DNA from: Octopus vulgaris
Taxonomy: Eukaryota
NCBI GenBank assembly: GCA_951406725.2
Contig: OX597827.1
Coordinates: 71,982,001-72,046,000, forward strand
DNA: 64,000 nucleotides
Direction of reading: 5' to 3'
Positions within the stretch are counted from its first letter, which is position 1. Every line of letters begins with the position of its first letter. A program made the position numbers and the translations under genes. Below are positions 48,833-62,277 of the stretch, piece after piece. A model generated the notes under the pieces. That model searched no databases. It was not told where the DNA came from and worked only from the letters and a program-made list of their open reading frames with translations.

Positions 48833-51800
48833 TACATACACACAAGTTGGTAGTAACAAATGGGAGTACTTAACTCAGTAAAGAGGATGTAAATTCTCTC
48901 TCTCTCTACACACACACTCATATTATATTGTATATATACATACATTTATATATATGTGTATAATGCATGTGTCTATGACTGCCTCTATGACATTAACACA
49001 TCTTGAGCCAGCTAATGATATCTTCCTCATTGTACCTCAAGAGTACCTCATTCATTTAGAGCAGTTTAATGGTTCCTTCATTTTTCACATAACAACTGTT
49101 GCGTTTTTCACATTTTCAACAAACAAATAAGCATGCACGGATGTGGGGGTGGGAGAAGCTGACTGAAACAGCAGCTGCATTGTAGACTGTGCAATGCAAT
49201 TGCAGGCAAGCAAACACTGACTGCTGCAATGTCAACTGGTGCAGTGTCGGGCAACATTTTTTATCTGCAAGTAACAGTTGCTGCTGTTAGCTGACATCCA
49301 GTCTCCTCTGGCACAATCCTGCCAACTTTCTTGCACTTCATTCTCAGACAAATTACAAGTGGAATGTATCAATATATGATAAGTATGGTTGTCAGCCCTT
49401 TCATGGCGTCTGCATAGTTTCTTTCTGCAATGTTATCCTTGAAGTTATGTGCAGAGTCCAGGAGATGCAATCACTTAAACTGCAAATGATGCCAGCTGTA
49501 AGGTTACTTTTTGAGAGCCAGAAAAAATATGTTTGTCACAGCCATATCATATTTGGCGCAGAGTTCTTTGTTCACTGGAGTTTAACCCTTTATTTAGCAT
49601 TTAAACTGGCCCCTTATCCAGCCTCTCACACATACCCTACAATGTCATTCTAAAAATAAACAATCACATCACTGAAATTTCAAAGCTATGAGATAATGCA
49701 TGGTTAAGTCAAAACAGTGTGATTAAATAAACAGTACTTTTGACAGAGTAATATCCTTTCTACTATAGGCACAAGGCCTAAAATTCCAGCAGGAGGGGCT
49801 CAGTCAATTACATCAACCGTAGTTCAGAACTGGTACTTATTTTAGCAACCCCACAACAAGCAAAACTGACCTCAGCAGAATTTGAACTCAGAACATAAAG
49901 ATGGAAAAATACTGCTAGACATTTTGCCCAATGTGCTAATATGATTTAAAGCTCAGTTCCATGTTTAGAAATCTCTCTTCTATTAGACTGAAACTGCCCA
50001 GAACAGTTTATCATTAGCACAGTATTCAAGAGTCTACACAGTGAAGTACTTAAATCTTCATTATTCTGTGTACTTGTCATCACAGAAACAAACACCTAGT
50101 ATCATACCTTGCCATCATTGCCATTTACCTATCACCATTGGAATTTTACCAATGTCTTTACTTCTGTTTTAGGTGCCTGTGTGGCTGCAAGTAGACAGAC
50201 ACTGCTTGATCCTCACATCTGTAACCCAGCAGAACATCAAAGATCTGACAGCCGGAGACAGGCAGGACTGTTTCTATTCAAACCCTAGATGGAAGCAGCC
50301 TTTGTTTTTTTCATAAAGCCTTGTCACAGAGTATATATGGCTATCTGTAGATCCAACACAACTAAATGTCATTGTGCCCTAGTGAATACTACTAATGTTA
50401 ATGCATGACAGTTTATTAGTCATGAAACTAGTTTTAATTGCAGTCAGTTTCTATATCTTGAGGTCATTGACTTGTGTACATGCAGATAGACATATCTGCC
50501 TATATACATAAAGAGGAACGTATACAAATATATCATCATCATTTAACATCCAATTTCAATGCTAGCATGGGTTGGATGGTTTGACAGGAGCTAGCTAAAC
50601 AGTAAACTGCACCATGCATTATATTCAAAGAATGACAAGACCATCTGTTCTACCTTTCAACTAATGGACTTTTGGAGGAGTAAACATTAGTTTTATTGTT
50701 TCAAATAAACTTAGAACAACTAATACACTAATGGATTTTGAGTTACCTTTTTTGCTAAACCAAAAAATATTTAATCTTTAAATGTGAAAAACGGCGACTA
50801 AGGATAAGACAAAGTATTTTGTTTTATTTGAAGGTAACTTGTGTTTTTGGTACTCTGTGGTCATGTCATTCACTCCACACCATTCTGGAATTATCGCCTG
50901 TATTATAAATAACTCTGTGAATGTTTGGCAAGAATTTTGCCCAGAAATAAAGAGTGAAATATTGGAATGTTGTGTTTGAGCCAACATCATTCTTTTCATA
51001 TAAACACACATAATACCCAAGCATATTGTATGCATACAAAGGGAGTGAGAGAGAGAGGGCATGGAAGTATTACTATGAAAATACTAAGAGTTATCCAACT
51101 CCTACTGCTTCCCATTTCCATAATAAAATGTATAAACAATACCTCTTTTATATACTCACCACCATGTCCAGTTTATTATGGTCACACATGCCCCCAAGTG
51201 ATACTTATTGCCTCCTCCTTCACCCTTCCTAACTATGGCTTCACAACACTCACTGTCCCATCCCAAATCCCACAATCAGCTTCAGCACTGCCCATTGACC
51301 TGCACAGAGGCTCATAAAATAATCATTCCTATTCTCCCTGGCACACAAGCTAACTCTTGTCACTAGTGCACAAAGACCTTTATTTGCATATCAATACAAT
51401 TATTTTCTACACTTCCACACACATTAAAGGGTGAACCATTGACACTCCTACAAAATCACATTCAACTTTGCCCCACACCAAAGGTTTTTCAGTACTAATT
51501 GCTTTTTTTTTTTTTTCTTCTTCTGTCCCTCTATCTCCACCACTGGCCTTACATTTATCTCAATACTATTCAACATCCTCAAGTTCAGAAGAGGCAATCC
51601 CAAAATCTCAAATTTTAATTCACCACCACAGCATAGGAATTCATCTAAACTCATGAATCTCACTGTATTATTTTTGCTAATGGAGACCATCAATTTCCTC
51701 ATATTTGTATGGACATGCATATGCGTAAGTATGTATATGAGTGTATGTGTTTATATAAATATATATAGACCAGTAGTTCATATATCCAAAGAACAACACT

Positions 51801-52049
51801 TTAAAACAGAGTAGTAATATTTAGAAGGTTGTCTGTTATGGCCAGAGGCACAAACTCAGAGGCTATGTGTTTGGCCATTGGAGTTTCACAAGTTGCCTAT
51901 ACAGCTAAGAGATTTACAGGTGCAAAATCAATGGTTACTTTCTGACCTTTTAAATACACAACACACACACAGATATGTTAGTCATGGCCTGGGCCAATAA
52001 TGGCCAAATCTAATCTAAGTTATCTAAGTTGTGTGTGTGTGTTTGTGTA

Positions 52050-52660
52050 TATGTAACTGTATGGTAAGAAACTTGTTTCCCAATCAAATGGTTCCAGGTT
52101 CAGTCACACTGCGTGGCTTGGGCAAGTGTCTTCTACTATAGCCTCAGGCCAACCAAAGCCTTGAGAGGATTTGGAAGATGGAAACTGAAAGAAGCCCATC
52201 ATATATATGTATCTATGTGTATGTATGTGTGTGTCTTACTGTATGTGTTCATTTTCACACCACCACTTGACAACCAGTGTTGGTGTGTTTATATCCCTGT
52301 AACTTAGTGGTTTGGCAAGAGAGACTGATAGAATGAGTACCAGGCTTATTAAAAAAAAAAACAAGTACTGGGATAGATACACTCAACTAAAAACTCTTCA
52401 AAGCAGTGCCCCAGCATGGCCACAGTCAAATGACTGAAGCAAGTAAAAGATAAAAAGATATGTATATTTTTTTTTTGTTTCGGTCATTTGACTGCAGCCA
52501 TGCTGGAGCACTACCTTGAAGAGTTTTAGTCAAACAAATCACCCCCCAAGACATTCTTTGTAAGCCTAACACATTTTATTGGTCTCTTTTGCCAAACCGC
52601 TAAGTTACAGGGACAAAACACACCAGCATTGGTTGCCAAGCAATGGCAGGGAACAACACG
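52050..52660. mobile_element. Two CORE-like SINEs, tail to tail
   Basis: Plus copy at about 52050-52455, then an inverted 3' part at about 52475-52660. Confidence 0.75.
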
Positions 52661-53499
52661 CACACACAGGCACAAAATACAATATATACTCAATGATATG
52701 CATACATAGAAAAAAATGGAATATATTTTTATGCATTTGTGTACAAATATTCATCCGCATGTATATTCATGTTTCTCCATACTAGTATAGGTTAGTCATA
52801 TACATATTGAGTCACTGGTGCTTTCTGTTTTTAAACAAGGGACTTTTCATTCAACACATCTTTGAATGGGCAGATCTAGAAAACAATATTTGTTGACAGG
52901 AAATTGTCAACAATCAAATTCAAAGCTCAGTGCATTTTTTCTTTCTTTTTCATGCAAAAGACAGAATTAAAGATTCACACATACAAAAGATATTCCATGC
53001 ATGTATGTGCCTATATATGTGTTGGTGCCATGTAAAAAGCATCCAGCCCACATTGTAAAGTGGTTGGCATTTGGAAAGGTATCCAGCTGTAAAAACCATG
53101 CCAAAACTGACCTCACCTGTGCTAGTGCCCACTATCTGACCATTGTCACCAACAAATGCTGTTCCCATTGTGTCTGAGATGGAATCATTTGTTTTACAGG
53201 CAAGCTGACACAGTCTCAAACACCCTCAGTCACTTGGTGTCAACTTTCCTGAAGGTCCATGCTTCACAGTCATGCAATGCTACAGGAAAGACTGGGGTTT
53301 TCAGAATTTTCAGTTCAATCCTTTAGCAGTTGTATTGAGTGAACCCTGAGCTAGCCTAGCACCGATTTCTGGCTGCAGTTTGCTCTTTGGTCAAACTTGT
53401 AACCATAGACAAGCATGCTCCTTTAGCATCATATGGTAAACTACTCTGATTTTTGTCAATCAATATATATTAGTGATAGAGGCAGTATTAATACAGAGA

Positions 53500-53820
53500 G
53501 GTAATATTTATACCCACTTAAGTGCAGATGTTCCGTTAGAACAAACTATACAGCTGTAGATACCACGAGAGAAACTCTCATATTGGCTTTTGGTACAAAA
53601 TGTACTCACATTTATATTGCTATTGTCGATCAGATTCTTGAGTTCAACCACAAAACTAGCTATCAGCATGATGTTATTAGCATAACGAAGGTTATTAAAT
53701 TGCTGAAAGCTGACTCTTAACTCCAATCCAGTCAAGCTTATCCACTGACTTCTGCATCAACTTCTCAGCATAGAAACAGGGCAACCTTGCTGAACTTCTT
53801 ACTGGTACTAAACTACCATG
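53500..53820 (-). mobile_element. Decayed LINE reverse-transcriptase fragment
   Basis: FNNLRYANNIMLIASFVVELKNLI resembles INNLRYADDIxLIAxSxxELQxLL of RTE-type RT, with YADD decayed to YANN. Confidence 0.7.
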
Positions 53821-54025
53821 CATGCACACATTCCACTCTAAAAGCCTCCTCCTGAACAAAGCCCCCATACAGTCTCTGCTTGAAGTTCACTGCTAAGACC
53901 TACCACATCCCAATCATCCAGAACACTTTCTACCAAGGTGGATATAGGAATCAAACTGTTTTTGTAATCAATAAATGCCACAAAAAGCGAAGCGTGTGGA
54001 AACAACAGATAGATACGTAACCTAC

Positions 54026-54062
54026 ATATATTTGTGCATGTACAAGCTTGTGTGAGGGTGTG

Positions 54063-54107
<45 letters not shown>

Positions 54108-54129
54108 CCTCACACAAGCTTGTACTTGC

Positions 54130-54139
<10 letters not shown>
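54026..54139. repeat. Inverted repeat with 40-bp arms around (TA)n
   Basis: atatatttgtgcatgtacaagcttgtgtgagggtgtgtat and its reverse complement, 1 mismatch. Confidence 0.9.
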
Positions 54140-54178
<39 letters not shown>

Positions 54179-54264
54179 ATCCAAACAAGAAAGCACAAAA
54201 AAACACAACAACGCGAGGACGTGGAACAAATATAGTATTATTGGATGCTCAGGAAAGAAGGAGG

Positions 54265-54299
54265 GTTTAACATTTCGAGCGGAGCTCTTCGTCGGAAAC
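54265..54299 (-). ncRNA. Minimal hammerhead-like motif in a Penelope-like fragment (54174-54356) within (TA)n
   Basis: GTTT-CCGACGA-A-GAGC-TCC-GCTC-GAAA-TG-TT-AAAC: stems I and II perfect, core U4 replaced by C. Confidence 0.6.
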
Positions 54300-54479
54300 A
54301 TAGAAGGAAAGACAGAGGGAAAAAAATCACCAACGGTACACACGAGGTCACATTTCATATATATATATATATAGAGAGAGAGAGAGGGGGGGGATTTCAG
54401 GTGTAGAAAGAGGGACTGGAATCAAAGACCAAAATACTAGTAAGCAAGAAAGCAGACAAATTATTAATCCCTTCAGGGA

Positions 54480-55020
54480 AACAGCCCAGATAGATAAGTA
54501 AGAAAAAAAGGTCTAAGTAGAAATTCTGTATGGTGTACCCAGTGCAAGCTGTAGACATGTAAAGAGGTGAAGAGGAATCACAGGAAGGTTAACAGAGAAA
54601 GTAGCCTTTGAGTTGCAGATGCGCAGAAACTATAATCACTAAGAATACACAGGAAATAGATTTCCTCCAATGCTAAGGAACATCTTCACAGGTAGCAGAC
54701 AGTTCCCTTTACCTTAGCGGCCAGGTTAGCAGTGGAGGATGCTCTGAAAGCATGGTTGCTAGAATTAGAACCAGTTGGGCAAAGTTCAGAGAGCTATTAC
54801 CTTTGTTGGTAACAAAGGGTTTCTCCCTCAGAGTGAAAGGCAGATTGTATGATGCTCGTGTCCAAACAGCTATTTTATATAGTAGCAAAATGTGGGTTGT
54901 GATTGCAGAAGATATACAAAGGCCTAAAAAAGCAAAATGAAGCCAGCATGCTCCGCTGGATGTGCAATGTCAGTGCGCATGTATGACAACATGTAAATGT
55001 GTTGAGAGAAAAATTGGGTA
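54480..55020 (+). mobile_element. RTE-clade LINE C-terminal fragment
   Basis: ARIRTSWAKFRELLPLL...KGRLYDARVQTAILYSSKMW...EASMLRWMC; frameshifted. Confidence 0.8.
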
Positions 55021-55022
55021 TA

Positions 55023-55176
55023 GGCGCAGGAGTTGCTTGCTAACCAACCACATGGTTCCGGGTTCAGTCCCACTGCGTGGCATCTTGGGCAAGTGACTTC
55101 TGCTATAGCCCCGGGCCGACCAATGCCTTGTGAGTGGATTTAGTAGACGGAAACTGAAAGAAGCCTGTCGTATATA

Positions 55177-55207
<31 letters not shown>

Positions 55208-55456
55208 GTATATATATATGTATGTGTGTGTATATGTTTGTGGGTGTATATGTTTGTGTGTCTGTGTTTGTCCCCCTAGCAATGCTTGACAACTGATGCT
55301 GGTGTGTTTACGTCCCTGTCACTTAGCGGTTCGGAAAAAAGAGACCGATAGAATAAGTACTGGGCTTACAAACGAATAAGTCCCGGGGTCGATTTGCTCG
55401 ACTAAAGGTGGTGCTCCAGCATGGCCGCAGTCAAATGACTGAAACAAGTAAAAGAG
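55023..55456 (+). mobile_element. CORE-like tRNA SINE, young copy
   Basis: Near-identical to the reverse complement of 6855-7260. Confidence 0.88.
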
Positions 55457-55613
55457 AGAGTGTATATGAAGCATCACTGCTGCTAGTGACACTTACAAGG
55501 CACCCAGTACCCTCTATAAAGTGGCTGGCATTAGGAAGGACATTCAGCCATAGAAACTATGCCAAAGCAAACTGCAAAACTGTCAAAAATATGAAAATTT
55601 GCTCAGATATACG

Positions 55614-55663
<50 letters not shown>

Positions 55664-56986
55664 ATATACAGATAGATTGATAGATGTAAACATCTGTACA
55701 TACACACAAATACACATACCCATGTAGAGCTGTATGTACACAGATATATATATATATATATATGGAATAATGGACATACAAGGAGTGCAGTGGTATCACA
55801 GGCAATAAACACTAAGAGCACAGGGCAAATAGACTTTCTCGAATGCCCAGGAGAATCCATTCTGTAGTTGATAGCTTATATTAATCAAGGTGAGTGAATT
55901 TATCAGTGGAGGAGGATGTTTTGCAAGTGTAGCTGCTAGAATATGAACAGGCTACAAAAAAATTGAGGCCCAATACCTATACTGGTAACAAAGGAAGCAA
56001 GACTTCCTTTTGTACCCCTTCAAAAACACCCCTAATTTATATATTTTTTTTTTTTCACACAAATCCCCGTTTTTGGCTATGGAGAATATGAATCTGCCAA
56101 AAAATTGGCAAAAATCAGCATTTTGAAATTACCCCCAACACCCTAAATTCTTCGTTTTTAACTTTTTTCCGAAATTTTTTGGTCAAAATATGCAGAAAAC
56201 TAGAGATTATGAGTCTAAAAAAAATTTCCCAAACTTTTCCTGGTTAGGGTGTTAAGGGTTCGAGTTTTAGGGTTAGGGTTACGGGAAAAGAGAAAAATGA
56301 AGAAATTGGAGGGAATGGGGAAGTGGAGAGCAATTTCAATATTCCGATTTTTGGCAATTTTCCGGAATCTCCATATCCGAAAACGTGGGTTTTTGGTAAA
56401 AAGAAAAAAAAAATAATATGCGGGAAAATGGGAGGGGGAGAGAAAGTCTTTTCAAAAAGGGTTTCACCACAAGAGTGAAAAGCAAATTGTATGAAGTTGT
56501 ATGAACAGCAGTGATATATAATACTCAGATGTGAAAATACATAAACATCAATCTGTGGTGCCCAGTGAGTGCTTTAAGGGTCTTGAATTGAAATTCTTTT
56601 AAATGTTGTTAGCATTCAATAATATACACATATGCATATATATGCAGACAAACACATATATATACATATATAAACATATACAACTGCACATATATATACA
56701 TACATATGCTGGCCTGCTCGCTTAGCCAGCAGGGTAACGCCATTTGAAGGCGAAAACAATGTGAAGCACACTGTGACCAGCGATGTGTAGCAAAATCTGA
56801 TAGCCTGTTTGGTCACGGTGATATACATATGCAAATATATATACATATATATACCTATATACATATACGTATATATATACCTATGTAAATAAATATATAT
56901 TTTTACAACCATCCAGCATTCTGAACACCTTTTTTCTTTCATACAAATATGTATATATATATATATATATATATACATACACATAA

Positions 56987-57023
<37 letters not shown>

Positions 57024-57664
57024 CATACATATACATACACATACATATATATATATACACATACACATATATATACATGCTGAGACCCCTTCAGTCATGA
57101 CTGACTGTGGGATTGCACCTAGAAAGTTACTCTCCCAGGCACAAGTCCGGGTAAGGTTGTTTATGGAAGACCAGAAGTCACAATTACATACCGGCCTAAA
57201 CTCTCCACACCACTGATGTTATCCAAGGGAAAGGCAACAGCCAACACAGCTTGGCACCTGTGACATCGCAACTCATTTCTTCAGCTGAGTGAACTGGAGC
57301 AACGTGAAATAAAGTGTCTTGCTCAAGAACACAACAAGCAGCCCAGTCCGGAATTCAAACTCACAACTTCACGATTGTAAACTCGACACTAACCACTGAG
57401 CCATGCGCCTTCACTATATATATATACATATATATATACACACATATATATATATATACACATATATATATACACATATATATATATACACATATATATA
57501 TATATATACATATATATATACATATATACATATATATACATATATATATATACATATATACATATATATACATATATATATACACACACACATATATATA
57601 TACACATATATATATCTACATACACATATCAACATGTATATATAAATATATATATATACATATA

Positions 57665-58839
57665 TCTCTTATTATAAAAGGCAGATTTTATCTGCCTCCC
57701 TTTGTCAGTTATAGAAATCTACAATATAGGATTTCTTCAATTACAATTTACCTAGCATTTTTAAGAGTAGAATGCATCGGGTTTTGCCAGGTCCAGTTTT
57801 TAAAATTTAAACTCCAATTAAGCAAAATTTACAGAAAACTCACATTCTGGTGTGTATGTCAAATGCTTTTCTTAGTCTGGTTTACAGCACACGCAAACGC
57901 ATACACACAGTGTGCAACGAATAAAGTGAAACTAGATGTAATATTTGTTTCTGTCTATCACGCTGATAGATACATGAGTAAAATGTATGGCAAGCTAACA
58001 GATAAGAGTGAGTGAAAATGTTCTTGGAAGAGAGTAAATAGCGACAGAATGATTTGAGGAAGACTAAACTGAAAGTATGAAACAGTGTTTATGTATAAAC
58101 AGACGACACTTATATAAACCCTTTCGTTACCAAACCGCCCGAATTTACCTATTCATATTTAAATGAGAATATCAGAGTAAATCTCTTTAGTACATTCGTG
58201 AAAACACGTATTATACTTCGTAAACACTTCAAATACAGTTTTGTACAAAAATCGAAGTGTAATTTTAATTCCGTGAATTATGGGAGATTTTTTTCCGAAA
58301 TTTGTTCCTATTGTGTTTTCAAAATTTGTAATTCTGACAAAAAATGGATACGAATTTCATTATATCAAGCAGTGAGTCAGAATTCGAAGGATTTTCTACT
58401 GAAGACCTTCATAAATCTAACTCTATGACTGAAAAAAAAAGCATCTTTATATAAGAGTGAAGTTGTGTGTCTGTCTCCTACGATTTAGATTCCTAACTAC
58501 TCCCACATTTTGCGGTGCAGTTTAACCAAAAGCGGGTATCTTATAGTCGTGATTCATATCGAGCCCTTCTGGGTATTAGCGCGCGTCTACGATGAGTCTA
58601 CGATTTTAAAAAAATTTACCATCATATTTTTCCATTTTAATGCATTTTTTTCGCTTTTATATAAGGGAAGTAACTCTCTAAAAATATCTACAATGTGTCA
58701 ACGATTTTTAAAAAAAATTTACCTTAATTTTTTTTCAATTTTTAATGCATTTTTTTACTATTTTTTGGCTATAACTCTCTAAAAATGCTTATATAGTTAT
58801 TTCCCTTACAACCCGAGCAATGCCAGGCGATACTGCTAG
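57665..58839 (+). mobile_element. Composite non-autonomous Helitron
   Basis: A|TC start (tctcttattataaaag), second TC start at 58444, 3' cccgagcaatgccaggcgatactgCTAG|T shared with the 31710 element. Confidence 0.72.
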
Positions 58840-59010
58840 TATATATATTTATACACATATATACACACACACAAATATACATACAGACATATATACACAT
58901 CTATATATACGTATACATGCATATATGTATGTATACATATATGTATGTATATATACACACACGTATATTTACACACACAATATATATATATACATACATC
59001 CATATATATA

Positions 59011-59167
59011 CCGTATTTTAATGTGTATATGGAACCCTATTTTGTCAAAAATTAGGTTTAAAAAATACAGGAGTTCCTTATACATGGAATAGTATAATCC
59101 CTTACAAAACCTTTTCCAAATTTGAAGCCCCAAAATTTAGAGGATTCCTTATACACGTTAAAATACG

Positions 59168-59168
<1 letters not shown>
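59011..59168. mobile_element. pogo/Tc1-type MITE
   Basis: TIRs ccgtattttaatgtgtata / tatacacgttaaaatacgg within TA/TG repeats. Confidence 0.7.
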
Positions 59169-59240
<72 letters not shown>

Positions 59241-59391
59241 TACCTATGTATATAGGTATGTGTATATTTACATGTATATATGTAAATATCCATATAAATA
59301 TATACAAACACGCATGTATACATAAATAAACATATGTACGTGTAAATATATATATATGTATAGAAAACAGTCATTTTATTCCACACAGGTC

Positions 59392-59670
59392 AAAATAAAA
59401 GAAAGAGAAGTTGAAAATGTAAAGGGATTTGTTTAGATTCTTTTATTTAATACATTTTTAAAGACTCACTCCGTTTCATAGATATCTCTGATTTTTTTTC
59501 AAAAGTTGTGATAGAAAGACATGGAGATATGCTGCAACTGACTCTCCACATCATTCTATCTCAATTTTGAAAATTAGAGAACTCTATGAAACTGGGTGAG
59601 TCTTTAAACATTTTTAAATAAAAATTCTAAACATATCCCAGTGCATTTTCAACTTCTTTCATTTATTTTT
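59392..59670. repeat. Imperfect inverted repeat, about 135-bp arms
   Basis: gaagttgaaaatg...aaagactcac...gtttcataga versus tctatgaaac...gtgagtcttt...cattttcaacttc. Confidence 0.75.
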
Positions 59671-59679
59671 ATATATAGA

Positions 59680-60220
59680 GGTGCAGGAGTAGCTGTGTAG
59701 TAAGTATATATATACATATGTATATATACACATATGTATATACATATATGTGTATATATACATACACTCCTAAGTATACATGTGTAAATCCATACACAAA
59801 TATACACATATATGTACATACATATACACATATCTGTAAAGAATGCATACTCATATACAACCACGTGGTTCTGGGTTCAGTCCCACTGCGTGGCACCTTG
59901 GGTAAGTGTCTTCTACTATAGCCTTGGCCAACCAAAGCCTTGTGAGTGGATTTGGTAGACGGAAACTGAAAGAATCCTGTCATGTATATTTATATATATA
60001 TGTATATGTGTGTGTGTGTATATGTTTGCGTCCCCCAACATCGCTTGGCAACCAATGCTGGTGTGTTTACGTCCCCATAACTTAGTGGTTCGGCAAAAGA
60101 GACCGATAGAATAACTACTAGGCTTACACAGAAATAAGTCCTGGGGCTGATTTGCTCGACTAAAGGCGGTGCTCCAGCATGACCACAGTCAAAATGACTG
60201 AAACAAGTAAAAGAATAAAA
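59680..60220 (+). mobile_element. CORE-like SINE with a (TA/CA) insertion in its head
   Basis: Head split at about 59703 and 59858. Confidence 0.82.
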
Positions 60221-62012
60221 GAATATATATATATATTATTGTGTCTGGAGAGTCACCAATTCAATTTCCACTCATTTTTTCTAAAATTTACGTTGCTTCT
60301 TGCAACCTCTTCAATAGACATTGACTGTCCATTATTGGAGCTGCATTCTTTTTCAAGAAAATAGAAAGAGAACACAGTTCTGATAACAGAGTCAATGACT
60401 ATTGAAGGTGTTTCAAGAAGCAATGAAAATTTTAGAAAAAAATTAAGTAAATGAATGGAAATCAAACCAATAAGTGTGTTAATGAGCCATTAAAACAGAA
60501 TGACTCTCTCCAGACAATAAAATAGGCTTCAACACACAAATTCACATAAAGAATCTTGGAAGCCAAATACAAAAACTATATATATATACACAGACATACA
60601 CATATGTTCATGTATACATATGAATATGTAAATATACACATGTATATGAAAATATAAATGCTTATGTACAAATGTGTATATGTGTGTATACACACACATA
60701 CTTGTAAAAATGTATATAGTGTGTGTGTGTAGGTATGTATACAAACACACACATTTGTAAATACATATGCTGTCACACACATATTTATATACACAGATAG
60801 AAAGATGAGATGGGTTTCAGTGCAGGCCAATAGTAAACTCAATAGTACAACCTGGCTTAGTTTTTTGAAGCATTAATATAGTTCACTCACATACAGAGCT
60901 CTTGTTTGCCAAGATGTATCTCAATGTTGGTGATGTGTCAGGTATTTCTTGGAGGATTTTGTCCAAGTACCGTTTCAGTGGTTCCATTTAGTCTTCGACT
61001 TCTTTTGGAATAATACTGAATAAGGCAAGATGAGTTTAGGTGAAAAAAAAAAAAAAAAAAAAAAAAGAAGTTTTCTCTCTATGTTGTTAAGTGATGTGAA
61101 TTTGATTTTTTACAGGGCATCAATAGTCCAGGGGCCAAACCTCAGGTAACTTGTGAAGTAGATACCAGCATTGTCTGAACGATGTTGGTGGAATATTTCA
61201 CACACTGTACAAATTTGGAACTCACGTTGGCAAACATGAATACACACAAACATATATATTGTATAAAGGATCGTGGGTAAGGCCAGAACAAGGCGAAGTA
61301 CATGCAAGGCAAATCACAAGGAAACAAATATTGAATGCAAGGTAAGTCTACATCAATTCATATCTTTGTTTTCTTGTGATTACTTTGCAGTGTCCTGGCC
61401 TTACCCACGATCTTTTATTCAATATATTCTACACAATGCTTCACAGTAATTATTCCATTATATAGATAAGTATACGCTGACGCACACAATTTATGTGTCA
61501 CTCATTTGACTGCAACCATGCAGGGGCACTGCCTTGAAGGGTTTTAGTTAAACAAGTCGACCCCAGGACTTATTTTAAGCCTAGTACTTATTCTATTGGT
61601 CCTTTTACTGAACCACTAAGTCACGGGGATGTAAACAGACCAACACTGGTTGTCAAGTGGTGGTGGAAGACAAACACAGACACAGACATACACACACACG
61701 ATAGGCTTCTTTTAGTTTCTGCTAACTAAATCCACTCACTTTGACCATAGTAGAAGACATCTGCCGAAGGTGCCATGCAGTGGGGACTGAACCCAGAATC
61801 ATGTGGTTGGGAGGCCAACTCCTTGTCACACAGCCAGGCCTGCACATATATATGTGTGTGTCTGCGTATATATATAAATTGTAAAGCATAACACATCACA
61901 CCCCTTCTTTTTTCCAATCTTAAACTTTCTCTGAGAATCAATCTAAATAAATTCATTGTGTACATCCTTTTGATTTTTATTGTTTTTCCTGCTTTTGGTC
62001 TTAATTTTGATT

Positions 62013-62067
<55 letters not shown>

Positions 62068-62244
62068 CATAAGAGATATATATATTCTACTTGTCCATGG
62101 TGGAGCACAATCTTAAAGGGTTTTAGACAAACTGACTCCAGGACTTGTGCTTTGTATTCATTCTATTAGTATCTTTTGCCAAACCGCTAAGTTACAGGGA
62201 TGTAAACACATTGATTGTTAAGCGATGGGGGTGGGGACAAATAC

Positions 62245-62277
<33 letters not shown>

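Noticed and set aside
56241-56281. TTAGGG telomere-like hexamers
   Set aside because: Only about three scattered copies inside a probable DNA element; not an interstitial telomere array.
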